Assembly (NCBI GenBank): GCA_021791415.1
Contig: JAJYWQ010000044.1
Coordinates: 12,401 to 76,400 of the forward strand
Direction of reading: 5' to 3'
Source of the DNA: a bacterium
Lineage (GTDB): Bacteria > Chloroflexota > Dormibacteria > Aeolococcales > Bog-877
Length of the DNA: 64,000 bases
The notes under the pieces were generated by a model, which was not told the DNA's origin, made no database searches, and saw only the letters and a list, made by a program, of their open reading frames with translations. The position numbers were made by a program, and so were the translations under genes. Each line of letters starts with the position of its first letter. Within the stretch, counting starts at the first letter, position 1. Shown here one piece after another: positions 1 through 8,101 of the stretch.

Positions 1-553
1 CCCAGGTGCAGGCCCCCTCGCACTGGACACTCTGGTCGCACACCCGGCTGCAGATGTCGGGCAGGACGGAGGTCTCGCGCAGGACGGCGTGCGCGCCCTG
101 CAGGTCGCGCTCCCGAATGGCGGCGATGAAGCGCGGGATGTCATTGTGAGCCGGGCATCCTTCGAGGCAGGTCGGGTCAGGGCAGGCGAGGCACCGATCG
201 GCCTCTCGCAAGGCGTCCTTCCAGGTGCTGAACCCGCGCCTGACCTCTGTCGTGTTGCCTCGAAGACGGCTCGGATACAGGGTGAGCGAGACGTGCCGCG
301 GCCCGACCACCGTGGGCCCGCTGACGGAGATGGCGGCATAGGGGCAGACCCGCTGGCACTGCCGGCAACCGACACAGAGGCGGTCGTCGGCTCGGACGAT
401 CCACCGCTCCTGGTCCAGCCCCAGCGCCCCGGTGGGGCAGCGCACGGCGCACTCCTGGCAGCCGACACAGCGCTCGCTGTCAACCCGTACCTCGGCGTGC
501 CGGGCCGGTGCCGCAAGCCCTGGCCCGATCCCCTCGCGGACATCGACACTCAT
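1..553 (-). CDS. Fe-S oxidoreductase. N-terminal 2x[4Fe-4S] ferredoxin domain followed by a glutamate-synthase-small-subunit (GltD)-like Cys-rich domain. The 3' end runs off the window (partial).
   Basis: Reverse-strand translation from ATG near 553 gives MSVDVREGIG... with CVGCQECAVRCP and CVGCRQCQRVCP, then CLACPDPTCLEGCP...IPRF, which is the GltD/NfnB-type N-terminus. The forward ORF 89..688 has non-protein-like composition. Confidence 0.6.
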   Translation of the reverse strand, partial: MSVDVREGIGPGLAAPARHAEVRVDSERCVGCQECAVRCPTGALGLDQERWIVRADDRLCVGCRQCQRVCPYAAISVSGPTVVGPRHVSLTLYPSRLRGNTTEVRRGFSTWKDALREADRCLACPDPTCLEGCPAHNDIPRFIAAIRERDLQGAHAVLRETSVLPDICSRVCDQSVQCEGACTW

Positions 554-584
554 TCCGAGGTCTCCCACACCCTTGCGGCCGACG

Positions 585-2135
585 TCACTGGATTCCGCCC
601 ATGGCCACGTACAGGGCCGCCACGCCAAGGCCGGCAACCACCACGGCGGAGGTGCCGATCAGCCTCAGGCCGGCCAGCCTGGACGTGAGCGGCGCAAGGT
701 CACGGCCGGAGATCCGCCAGGTGGCGTAGGCCGCGCCCAAGGTGCCTATGGCGGTGACCACCACCTGGCTGATGACCACCCCCTGCGGAGTCAGCAGGTG
801 GAGGTTGTAGAGGGAGGAGTGGGCGGTGCCGAACAGATTCCACCCGAAGCCGAAGGGATCCGAGATGGCGGGGATGATCCGCGGCGCGTGATACCAGAAC
901 CTCGGCAGCTGCCGGGCGAGGTAGTCCGCAGCCATGAGGGGGATGAAGCCGTACGCCAGGGGCGCGAACCAGCTGGTGAAGGAGCCCGCTCTTCCCGGCA
1001 CCCGGCGCACGGACCTCACCAGGGCGACGCTGCGCTTGGCCAGGAACTCCCTCACCCCGAAGGCGTAGGCGGCGACCAGGAGGGCGACCACACCGATGAT
1101 CGCCAGGTAGTCGACCGGGTTGGGGTAGCCGGGGAATCCGGTGTGGAGGTTGAGCCAGCGGTCCAGAGGTGCGTAGAAGGGCAGCGCGTTGACCTGCTGG
1201 AAGATCACCAGCCCGAACAGGATGGCCACCGCCCAGGCCACATCTACCCGGCGGCGGACGGGCGCCACGACTGAGGTGAGCGGCTTCTGCACGTACACCC
1301 CGACGTTGTCGTAGGGGCAGTTCTTGATGCACTCGGTGCACAGCCCGCACATCAGGTTGGAGGTGGCGCTGCCCGGCCACTCGTACCAGGGGCAGGGGTA
1401 GCCGCGCTCGCTGCCCCGCATGCAGTCCTTGGTGGGGCAGGTCAGGCAGCGCTCCCGGTCGCGGGTGCGCATCCCGGCCACCATCCCGGTGGACCCCACG
1501 GTCCCGATGAGGGCGGTGAGTGGGCAGAGGTAGCGGCAGAAGGTACGGCGCTCGAAGAGAAGGAAGGTGATCAGCGCCGAGCCGATCACGAAGAAGACCA
1601 GGAAGCTGGTGAACCGGGGGTCGCCGGGACCGGCGATGTTGAAGTACTCCTCGAACCAGGTGAGACCGAGGAACATGGCCACCGAGGGCAGCAACGCCCA
1701 CCGGCTGAGCCACTCCGGCCAGCGCAGGTGCAGCCCGATGGAGATGGCGTGACGCTTCCAGAACGTGTGGCGCTGAACCCACTCGGCGAAGCCACCGAAG
1801 GGACACATGACGCACCAGCCGCGGCCGACGCCCACCATGAGCAGGAACACCGCGCAGAACCAGATGTACCAGGTGATGACGGTGGCGAAGTTGTGAGTGG
1901 GAGCCAGAATCCCCACCAGCCCGGTCACGATCACCAGCCAGAAGATGATCTGGTTGGGCAGGATGAGCATGAACTGGAAGGGGCGGCTGCGGAGCAGGCG
2001 CCGCACCCGGGGATCTCGGGAGATGTCGCGCTGCGGGTCGGTCGGCCCGAAGTGAGCCTCCAGCCCGGCACGAGACGGCTGGCGCACCCGGGTGGGCAGG
2101 TCGCGGACCGGAAGTTCCTTCAGCGGCAGGGCCAT
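585..2135 (-). CDS. NapH/MauN-like membrane-bound polyferredoxin (4Fe-4S binding integral membrane protein)
   Basis: Start MALPLKELPV preceded by AGGAGGTG 9 nt upstream on the coding strand. Several TM helices. CVMCPFGG motif plus CLTCP...CMRG...CPW...CGLCTECIKNCPY ferredoxin motifs. Lies 31 nt upstream of the GltD-like gene on the same strand. Confidence 0.65.
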   Translation of the reverse strand: MALPLKELPVRDLPTRVRQPSRAGLEAHFGPTDPQRDISRDPRVRRLLRSRPFQFMLILPNQIIFWLVIVTGLVGILAPTHNFATVITWYIWFCAVFLLMVGVGRGWCVMCPFGGFAEWVQRHTFWKRHAISIGLHLRWPEWLSRWALLPSVAMFLGLTWFEEYFNIAGPGDPRFTSFLVFFVIGSALITFLLFERRTFCRYLCPLTALIGTVGSTGMVAGMRTRDRERCLTCPTKDCMRGSERGYPCPWYEWPGSATSNLMCGLCTECIKNCPYDNVGVYVQKPLTSVVAPVRRRVDVAWAVAILFGLVIFQQVNALPFYAPLDRWLNLHTGFPGYPNPVDYLAIIGVVALLVAAYAFGVREFLAKRSVALVRSVRRVPGRAGSFTSWFAPLAYGFIPLMAADYLARQLPRFWYHAPRIIPAISDPFGFGWNLFGTAHSSLYNLHLLTPQGVVISQVVVTAIGTLGAAYATWRISGRDLAPLTSRLAGLRLIGTSAVVVAGLGVAALYVAMGGIQ

Positions 2136-2175
2136 TGTGGGATGCACCTCCTGTGGCACTTGAGGGATTCCACGG

Positions 2176-3885
2176 GTGACGGTAGGCGATATCGCGCGGA
2201 AGGGGCAGGGCCGAAGGTCCCGCGAATCTCGGGACCTTCGGCCCCTCTCCCCTGCTACAGTTCTGATCTGTCCAGTGGCCAGCGCCAGCCCCGATCGCCG
2301 TGACCTGCTGCTGGAGGCGGGCCTGGCGCTCACCTCCGAGCTTTCGCTCCCATCGCTTCTGCGGCGGATCGTGAGGCTCGCCTGCCAGCTCACTGACGCG
2401 AGGTATGGGGCGCTCGGCGTCCTCGGTCCCGGGGGCGGGATCTCGCAGTTCGTCACCCACGGCGTCAGCGCCGTTGAACGGGGCCGGATCGGGCGTCTTC
2501 CAGAGGGCCGGGGTATCCTGGGGGCCCTGCTGCGACCCGGTCCGCCGCTGCGCCTGGACGACCTCGGCTCAGATTCCCGATCGGTTGGCTTCCCGCCCCA
2601 TCACCCGCCCATGCGCTCATTTCTGGGAGCGCCGGTGGTGATTCGTCGGACCGTCTTCGGGAGCATCTACCTCACCGAGAAGCAGGGCGGGCTGCCCTTC
2701 ACCGCGGACGACCAGCTGTCACTGGAGGTCCTCGCGGGCCAGGCGGCGGTGGCCGTCGCCAACGCCACCCTGTACCAGAGGGCCGTGTCCCGCCAGCGCT
2801 GGCTGGCAGCGCTCCGGGAGGTGGCCCAGGCCACCATCACCGGAGGCGAGCCGTCCGAGGCTCTGCGGCTGGTGGCCGCGTACAGCCGGGAGCTGATCGG
2901 TGGCGGAGCCGCCCTTTTGGCTCGCACCGACGGCGGCATTCGACAGGAGCCCGAGGTGCTGGCCGCCGCCGGTCCGGGGGCCAGGAGCCTCGCCCGGCGG
3001 CTGGGCGCTGCCACCCGGGATCCCGTCGCCGGGGCGGTCCGGCGGGGGCGGCAGTTGGTGATCCAGGTCCCGGCTGCGACCCGAACCGGACGGAGCCCAG
3101 GGACGGCGCCGCTGGCGGTCCTGCCATTCGGGCAAGGGGGGCCCAATCGAGGCGTCCTGCTGGCCTTGGGAGCGGCGGGAGCGCCGCTGCCCGAAGAGGA
3201 GGCTGTCGAGATGCTCACCGCGCTGGCCGCCCAGACCGCCGTGGCCCTGCAGTTTCAGCAGAGCCAGAGCGAGCGGCAGCGGCTGGCCCTGCTGGACGAG
3301 CGGGAGAGGATCGCCAAAGAGCTCCACGACGGGGTGATTCAGTCCCTGTTCGCCGTCGGCATGGGGTTGCAGGCCGTGGCTCCAGCCACAGACGACGTCA
3401 CCCGCCAGCGGCTCGAACGGGCGGTGCTGGAGCTCGACCAGGTCATCGGCGACCTGCGCCAGTACATATTCGGGCTCCGACCAGGCATCCTGGGATCCAG
3501 CCGGCTGGCTGATGCCATGCGCCGCCTGGGGGAGGATTTCCAGGACCGATGCGGGGTCCACACGGTGGTGGAGGTGGACTCAGAGGTGGAGGCGCGGCTC
3601 GGCGCCCAGGCGGGCGAGCTGCTCCAGCTGACGCGAGAGGCCCTTTCCAACGTCGGCCGGCACGCCCAGGCCACCAGCTGCCGGGTGCGCGCCCGGGCCC
3701 AGGCGAGGTCCACTGTGGTCACCATCTCCGACGACGGTCGGGGCTTCGCCGTCCGCAGGGCCCGCGGCCGGGGCCAGGGCCTGCAGAACATGCGGGACCG
3801 AGCCCGGGGCATCGGTGGCAGGCTGGCGATCACCTCGGCCCCCGGCCGGGGCGCCCGCCTGCGGCTGGTGGTGCCCCATGGCTGA
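2176..3885 (+). CDS. DosS/DosT (DevS)-like sensor histidine kinase with two GAF domains, HisKA_3 and HATPase
   Basis: GAF-A contains GFPPHHPPMRSFLGAPV, as in the DosS/DosT haem pocket. HisKA_3 box ERERIAKELHDGVIQSLF. C-terminal ATPase motifs present. Start uncertain (GTG 2176 or GTG about 2275). The 3' end overlaps the response regulator start by 8 nt. Confidence 0.8.
   Translation: MTVGDIARKGQGRRSRESRDLRPLSPATVLICPVASASPDRRDLLLEAGLALTSELSLPSLLRRIVRLACQLTDARYGALGVLGPGGGISQFVTHGVSAVERGRIGRLPEGRGILGALLRPGPPLRLDDLGSDSRSVGFPPHHPPMRSFLGAPVVIRRTVFGSIYLTEKQGGLPFTADDQLSLEVLAGQAAVAVANATLYQRAVSRQRWLAALREVAQATITGGEPSEALRLVAAYSRELIGGGAALLARTDGGIRQEPEVLAAAGPGARSLARRLGAATRDPVAGAVRRGRQLVIQVPAATRTGRSPGTAPLAVLPFGQGGPNRGVLLALGAAGAPLPEEEAVEMLTALAAQTAVALQFQQSQSERQRLALLDERERIAKELHDGVIQSLFAVGMGLQAVAPATDDVTRQRLERAVLELDQVIGDLRQYIFGLRPGILGSSRLADAMRRLGEDFQDRCGVHTVVEVDSEVEARLGAQAGELLQLTREALSNVGRHAQATSCRVRARAQARSTVVTISDDGRGFAVRRARGRGQGLQNMRDRARGIGGRLAITSAPGRGARLRLVVPHG
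2208..2244. promoter_or_regulatory. Perfect 15 bp inverted repeat with a 7 nt loop, in the divergent intergenic region or 5' leader
   Basis: GGGCCGAAGGTCCCG cgaatct CGGGACCTTCGGCCC. Sits between the NapH-like start (2135, minus) and the DosS-like kinase start (2176 GTG or about 2275 GTG, plus). Confidence 0.4.
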
Positions 3886-4546
3886 GGAACCGCCGCCCAG
3901 CCGGTTGCGGGTGATGCTGGTGGACGACCACGAGCTGGTCCGCGACGGCCTCCGCGCGGTCCTGGGCGCCTCCGGGGAGTTCGACATCGTCGCCGAGGCC
4001 GCGGACGAGGCTGGGGCGATCCGGGAGTTCGAACGCACCAGCCCCGACGTCGTCCTGATGGACGTGCGCCTGGGGTCGGGAAGTGGGATCGAGGCGACCC
4101 GTGAGATGCGGGCCCGCAGGCCCGAAACGAAAGTCCTCATGCTCACCTCCTTCGCCGACGACGAGGCGCTTTTCGCCTCGGTCATGGCCGGCGCGGCCGG
4201 TTACCTCCTGAAGCAGATCCGCGGTGGGGAGATCGTGGCCGCGGTCCGGGCCATCGGAGCCGGTGGAAGCCTGCTGGACCCGGCGCTCACCCGGACCGTC
4301 CTGGACCAGTGGCGAGAGGCCAGAAGCCGGCTCCGCGACGAACGGCTGGCGCGCCTCTCAGCCCAGGAGGAGCGCATCCTGAGCCGGGTGGCCGCAGGGC
4401 GCACCAATCGGGAGATCGCCGCCGAGCTTCACCTGGCCGAAAAGACCGTCAAGAACTACGTCTCCAGCATCCTGGACAAGCTGGAGGTGGCCCGGCGAGC
4501 TGAGGCCGCCGCCTACTTGGCGCGCCACGGGCGGTCCACGTCCTGA
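3878..4546 (+). CDS. NarL/LuxR-family response regulator (DosR/DevR-like)
   Basis: MAEEPPPSRLRVMLVDDHELVRDGL receiver domain. C-terminal LuxR HTH (REIAAELHLAEKTVKNYVSSILDKL). Overlaps the kinase stop (ATGGCTGA). Confidence 0.85.
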   Translation: MAEEPPPSRLRVMLVDDHELVRDGLRAVLGASGEFDIVAEAADEAGAIREFERTSPDVVLMDVRLGSGSGIEATREMRARRPETKVLMLTSFADDEALFASVMAGAAGYLLKQIRGGEIVAAVRAIGAGGSLLDPALTRTVLDQWREARSRLRDERLARLSAQEERILSRVAAGRTNREIAAELHLAEKTVKNYVSSILDKLEVARRAEAAAYLARHGRSTS

Positions 4547-4663
4547 CAGACGCCGGCGCCGGACCGCTCGGTGGCGTCGGCGGCTTAAAGCTCAAGGCAA
4601 CCGAGGCTCAGTTCGTATGAGGTCCTCAGTGACGGCTGCGCTGCGGGCGTGCCCGGCGGCGCC

Positions 4664-5356
4664 TCAGCCCGTCGGCCGGGGCGTCTTCCCACCGTCCCGG
4701 GGCGGAGCCCAAGCCACCGCGGACTCCGCGGCCGCCAACGCAGTCGCGGCGTGGGGGGCGGAGACGCCCCGGTGCGGCTCCAAGACCCGGTCTATGATCC
4801 CGTACTCGACGGCCTCGGTCGCGGTGAGGAAGTAGTCCCGGTCGATGTCCCGCTCGACCTGACCCAGGGGCCGACCGGAGTGGTGGGCGATGATCTCCGC
4901 CATCCGCCGGGTGTTGGCCAGCACCTCGCGCAGCTGGATCTCCATGTCCCGGGGCGCGCCGCGTGTTCCGGCGGTGCCTTGGTGGATCATGATCTTGCTG
5001 CTGGGGAGCGCCATCCGCCTTCCGGCGGCCCCCCCGCACAGAATCATCGCGGCGGCCGACATCCCCATCCCGATACAGGTGGTGGCCACTGGACAGCTCA
5101 CCTGCTGCATCACGTCGTAAATCGCGAAGCCGGCGTATGCCAATCCCCCGGGCGAGTTGATGTAGAGCTGGATCTCGCTCTCCGGGTCCTGGGCCTCCAG
5201 GTACAGCATCTCCGCGACCAGCAGGTTGGCAACCCGGTCGTCGACCTCCTCGCCCAGGAATAGGATGCGCTCCTTCACCAGCAGGGAGTAGATGTCGAAG
5301 GCCCGCTCCCCCCTGGCCGAACTGTCCAGGACCGTCGGCACCAAGCCGGCGGTCAC
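4664..5356 (-). CDS. clpP: ATP-dependent Clp protease proteolytic subunit ClpP (catalytically intact)
   Basis: ERILFLG...YINSPGG...GMGMSAAA...MIHQ...DIDRD carries the Ser-His-Asp triad. GTG start at 5356 has GGAG 8 nt upstream. The AT-rich MIYF... extension in the track has atypical codon usage. About 45 aa C-terminal Ala/Pro-rich tail. Confidence 0.85.
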   Translation of the reverse strand: MTAGLVPTVLDSSARGERAFDIYSLLVKERILFLGEEVDDRVANLLVAEMLYLEAQDPESEIQLYINSPGGLAYAGFAIYDVMQQVSCPVATTCIGMGMSAAAMILCGGAAGRRMALPSSKIMIHQGTAGTRGAPRDMEIQLREVLANTRRMAEIIAHHSGRPLGQVERDIDRDYFLTATEAVEYGIIDRVLEPHRGVSAPHAATALAAAESAVAWAPPRDGGKTPRPTG

Positions 5357-5410
5357 AGCCGGTGCTCCGCTGAGGCCGCACCGCCTGGCGCCGCCCGGTG
5401 AGCCACCCTC

Positions 5411-5427
5411 TTCATATCGTATGAAGT
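5411..5427. promoter_or_regulatory. AT-rich palindrome TTCATA-N3-TATGAA in the clpP/clgR-like divergent promoter region (±2 bp)
   Basis: TTCATATCGTATGAA inside a roughly 45 bp AT-rich patch (ttcatatcgtatgaagtatatcattcaaggtatga) in an otherwise 70% GC sequence. Confidence 0.35.
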
Positions 5428-5470
5428 ATATCATTCAAGGTATGAGACGGCATGGACGGGGAGCCCACGG

Positions 5471-5731
5471 GTGACGGGGCGCAGGCACGAAACCCCCTTC
5501 CCTGGGTTCCAGGAGATGGCGGAGCGGCGCCGGCACCTGGGAGGCCAGCTCGCCGCCCGCCGGCTGGCTGCGGGACTTTCGCAGACGGAGCTCGCTGCCC
5601 GCATGGGCACCTCGCAGTCCGCTGTGGCGCGGCTGGAGGCGGGGAAGGCGGACGTCCGGATTTCCACGGTGACCAGGTACGCGCGGGCCCTGGCGCTCCA
5701 GGTGGAGATCACCCTGGGGGAACGTGGCTGA
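5471..5731 (+). CDS. XRE-family helix-turn-helix transcriptional regulator (ClgR-like)
   Basis: LSQTELAARMGTSQSAVARLEAG HTH. GTG start has GGGGAG upstream. Divergent from clpP. Stop overlaps the downstream ClpP-like gene. Confidence 0.6.
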   Translation: MTGRRHETPFPGFQEMAERRRHLGGQLAARRLAAGLSQTELAARMGTSQSAVARLEAGKADVRISTVTRYARALALQVEITLGERG

Positions 5732-6302
5732 GGAGGGGGCCCCGCCGGTCTGGGCCCTTCTGCAAGAGGAGCTGTCGGCCCGGGGGATGATCCTGATCCA
5801 GGGACACCTGGACCATCAGCTGGCCACCCGCGCGGCTGCCCAGCTGATGGAGTGTGACGCCGTCTCCGACGCGCCCGCTCGCATCCACCTGTTCACCTCG
5901 TCCGGGGAGTTCGGCTGCGCCCTCACGCTCATGGACACGATCACGGCGCTGGGCATACCGACCGAGGTCACGGCGGTGGGGGCGGTGCAGGGCCCTGGCC
6001 TTGGTGTGCTGGCGGTCGCCGACCGCCGGGTGGCAACACCCAACTGCCGGCTCGCCTTCGCCGCCCCTCGACTGCAGTTGGACGGGGACCTGACCGAGCT
6101 GACCGGACTCCTAGACGCCGAGTTGCGAGATCAGCAGCGGTGGACAGAGCAGGTGGCCCAAGCCACCGGGCGGCCGCTCGAGCTCGTGGAGGCGGACCTC
6201 GCCACCGCCCTCACCCTCGCGCCGGAAGCGGCCCTGCGCTACCGGCTGATCGACGAGGTGCTGGCCGCCTCCCCCGGGCCCTCGAGGGGATCGCTGAGGT
6301 AG
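5725..6302 (+). CDS. ClpP-family paralog lacking the catalytic triad (ClpR-like pseudo-protease)
   Basis: LLQEELSARGMILIQGHLDHQLA...LFTSSGEFGCALTLMDTI aligns with the ClpP fold. The active-site Ser, His and Asp positions are replaced (GAVQGPG, RLAFAAP). Overlaps the XRE regulator stop by 7 nt. Confidence 0.6.
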
Positions 6303-6660
6303 GGATCGGGCGGCTCGCCTCCACCGACCGCCAACCGGGCGGGAGGCAGGTCACTGGAGCGCTCCGCCAGGCCGAGGATCTGATCACCGATCCCCTGGTG
6401 GCGGAGCACGTCCCACCCGGCCTCAGGCTCCAGCGGGGTGGTGGCGACGACCTGATCACCCTCGACATGAACGTTCCAACCCAGGTTCTCCAGCCGCCGG
6501 AGCACCGGCGAGAGGATGGCCGCGCGGTCGTGGATCTGCTTGGCGGCGGCGGCTATCCGCACCGAAACCGGGAGGTCCGCGGGGGTGGGCCTGTCGGGGA
6601 AGCCGAAGGAGTGCATCTCCATGTACGTTTCCATGTGCCGGGAGATGGGCTCCCGGGTCA
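6239..6660 (-). CDS. Hypothetical protein, last gene of the bd-like/Rieske-b operon
   Basis: In-frame tail of track ORF 6239..7402 after the CydA-like stop at 6709. GTG about 6660 has GGTGAGGAG 9 nt upstream. High GC3. No recognisable motifs. Confidence 0.3.
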
Positions 6661-6708
6661 CCTCGCGGAGCTCCTCACCCGCCCGCCGGATGGGCCGGAA
6701 GACCAGCC

Positions 6709-8100
6709 TCACGGTCCGGTCCTGGTGGGCACCATGACCCCCAGATTGCTCGCCGGACCATTGAGGGCCGGGCCGCTGGTGGAGGGCGGCGTGTAATTCT
6801 GCTGCTGATTGATGAGCATGTGGTTGGTGATCAGGAAGGGGCCCCGGCTGTCCTCGCGGATGTAACCCATCAGAGCCATGATCAGGGAGATGGCCACCCC
6901 CACGGTGATGAGGGAGATGGCCTGTCCCCGCCCGGCGTCCCCCCAGTGCAGCCGGCCTCGGGAGAGATGGACGGCGTAGACGGTGATCGCGGTGATGGTC
7001 ACCCCGGTGAAGACGATGAGGGCCGTGAGCTTCCAGGGGATCATCTGCCCCCAGGGGATGAGCAGCCCCCCCTGCCAGATGGGGACATTGGCGTTGGCGG
7101 CGAAGACGCTCTCGTAGCTCCAGGCCAGCGACGAAGGGGTGGAGATCAGCAACCAGGCCGCGAAGGAGAGAGCGGTGCACACCGCCAGCGCCGGCGAGCG
7201 GAAGCCGCTGACCCGAACCCGGCGCCAGAGGTAGAAGATCCCCACGGTGAAGATCGCCCCCAGGAGGAACACCTGGAAGAGGAAGGCCACCGACAGCCCG
7301 CCCAGCATCATCTCGTACCAGGAGGCATAGGCGTGGAGCTGGATCTCCTTGGCGTACTCCCACCCGACCAGGGGCTGGGCGATCGTGAACCCCACCGCCC
7401 ACATCAGCCCGTAGTGGCCCATCCAGTCCAGGTAGGCACGATGCAACTGCTGCCGGGAACGCCAGAGCAGGCGGATCCCCGCCACCAGCGCCACCATCGC
7501 CCCGGCGAAGGCGATGTTGCCGACGAAGCGGTGCATCTCCAGAGGGATCTCTGTGGGGTTCATGAGGATGAGCGGCAGGTTGAAGGCCGGACGGGGCGTG
7601 AGCATGTAGGAGGCCACCACGTTGATCATCAGCATCTGGATGCTGGCGTTGATGAAGAGGAGGATCTCCAGCCCCACCCGCAGCCCCCTCACCCGTCCCA
7701 GCCGGTCCCAGCGCGCATAGAGCGGGTAGAGGCAGATGATCTCGCCGACGAAGGCGGCGGCCTCGGCCACGAAGGGCCAGAACAGGATCCTCTCCAGGGT
7801 CACGAAGAAGTGGCTCCAGAGCCCCAGGAAGAGGATCATCACCGCGAAGATCGCCAGGGAGCCTCCCACCGCGAAGGTCGCCCCCAGGACGGTGACCAGC
7901 CCCTTGGAGAAGCGGTCGTAGTGGGGGTTGCGGCGCTTCCAGCCCATGAAGTCCGTGACCGCCAGGATTATGTACCCGCCCTGCTGAAAGGCCGCGAACT
8001 GAATGTGGCCGAGCATCAGCAGGGCGACCAGGGCGGTCGCCACGCCGGTGGAGATCGGGACCGGGGTGAGCTGGGGGGTGGAAGCGAGGATCAAGTGCAT
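6709..8100 (-). CDS. Cytochrome bd-family subunit I (CydA-like) paralog 2
   Basis: Polytopic membrane protein with the CydA signature WDRLG (PLYARWDRLGRVRGL). Start is 1 nt after the cytochrome b stop. Confidence 0.7.
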   Translation of the reverse strand: MHLILASTPQLTPVPISTGVATALVALLMLGHIQFAAFQQGGYIILAVTDFMGWKRRNPHYDRFSKGLVTVLGATFAVGGSLAIFAVMILFLGLWSHFFVTLERILFWPFVAEAAAFVGEIICLYPLYARWDRLGRVRGLRVGLEILLFINASIQMLMINVVASYMLTPRPAFNLPLILMNPTEIPLEMHRFVGNIAFAGAMVALVAGIRLLWRSRQQLHRAYLDWMGHYGLMWAVGFTIAQPLVGWEYAKEIQLHAYASWYEMMLGGLSVAFLFQVFLLGAIFTVGIFYLWRRVRVSGFRSPALAVCTALSFAAWLLISTPSSLAWSYESVFAANANVPIWQGGLLIPWGQMIPWKLTALIVFTGVTITAITVYAVHLSRGRLHWGDAGRGQAISLITVGVAISLIMALMGYIREDSRGPFLITNHMLINQQQNYTPPSTSGPALNGPASNLGVMVPTRTGP

Positions 8101-8101
8101 A

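Noticed and set aside
89-688. Plus-strand 199 aa ORF
   Set aside because: Low-complexity Ala/Gly/Pro/Arg. The opposite strand encodes a clear ferredoxin/GltD-like protein with CxxCxxCxxxCP motifs.
2208-2244. The IR as a canonical DosR box
   Set aside because: Contains GGGAC/GTCCC pentamers but in everted orientation with a 9 nt spacer. Does not match GGGAC-N4-GTCCC. Kept only as a generic palindrome.
700-2460. 586 aa minus-strand ORF overlapping the NapH-like gene
   Set aside because: Arg/Gly/Pro/His-rich, non-protein-like composition. It is the alternate frame of the real polyferredoxin gene, a GC-bias artefact.
4547-4663. Intrinsic terminator between the convergent response regulator and clpP
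   Set aside because: GC palindromes such as CCGGCGCCGG are present, but there is no adjacent T-tract. At this GC content such palindromes are frequent. Not callable.
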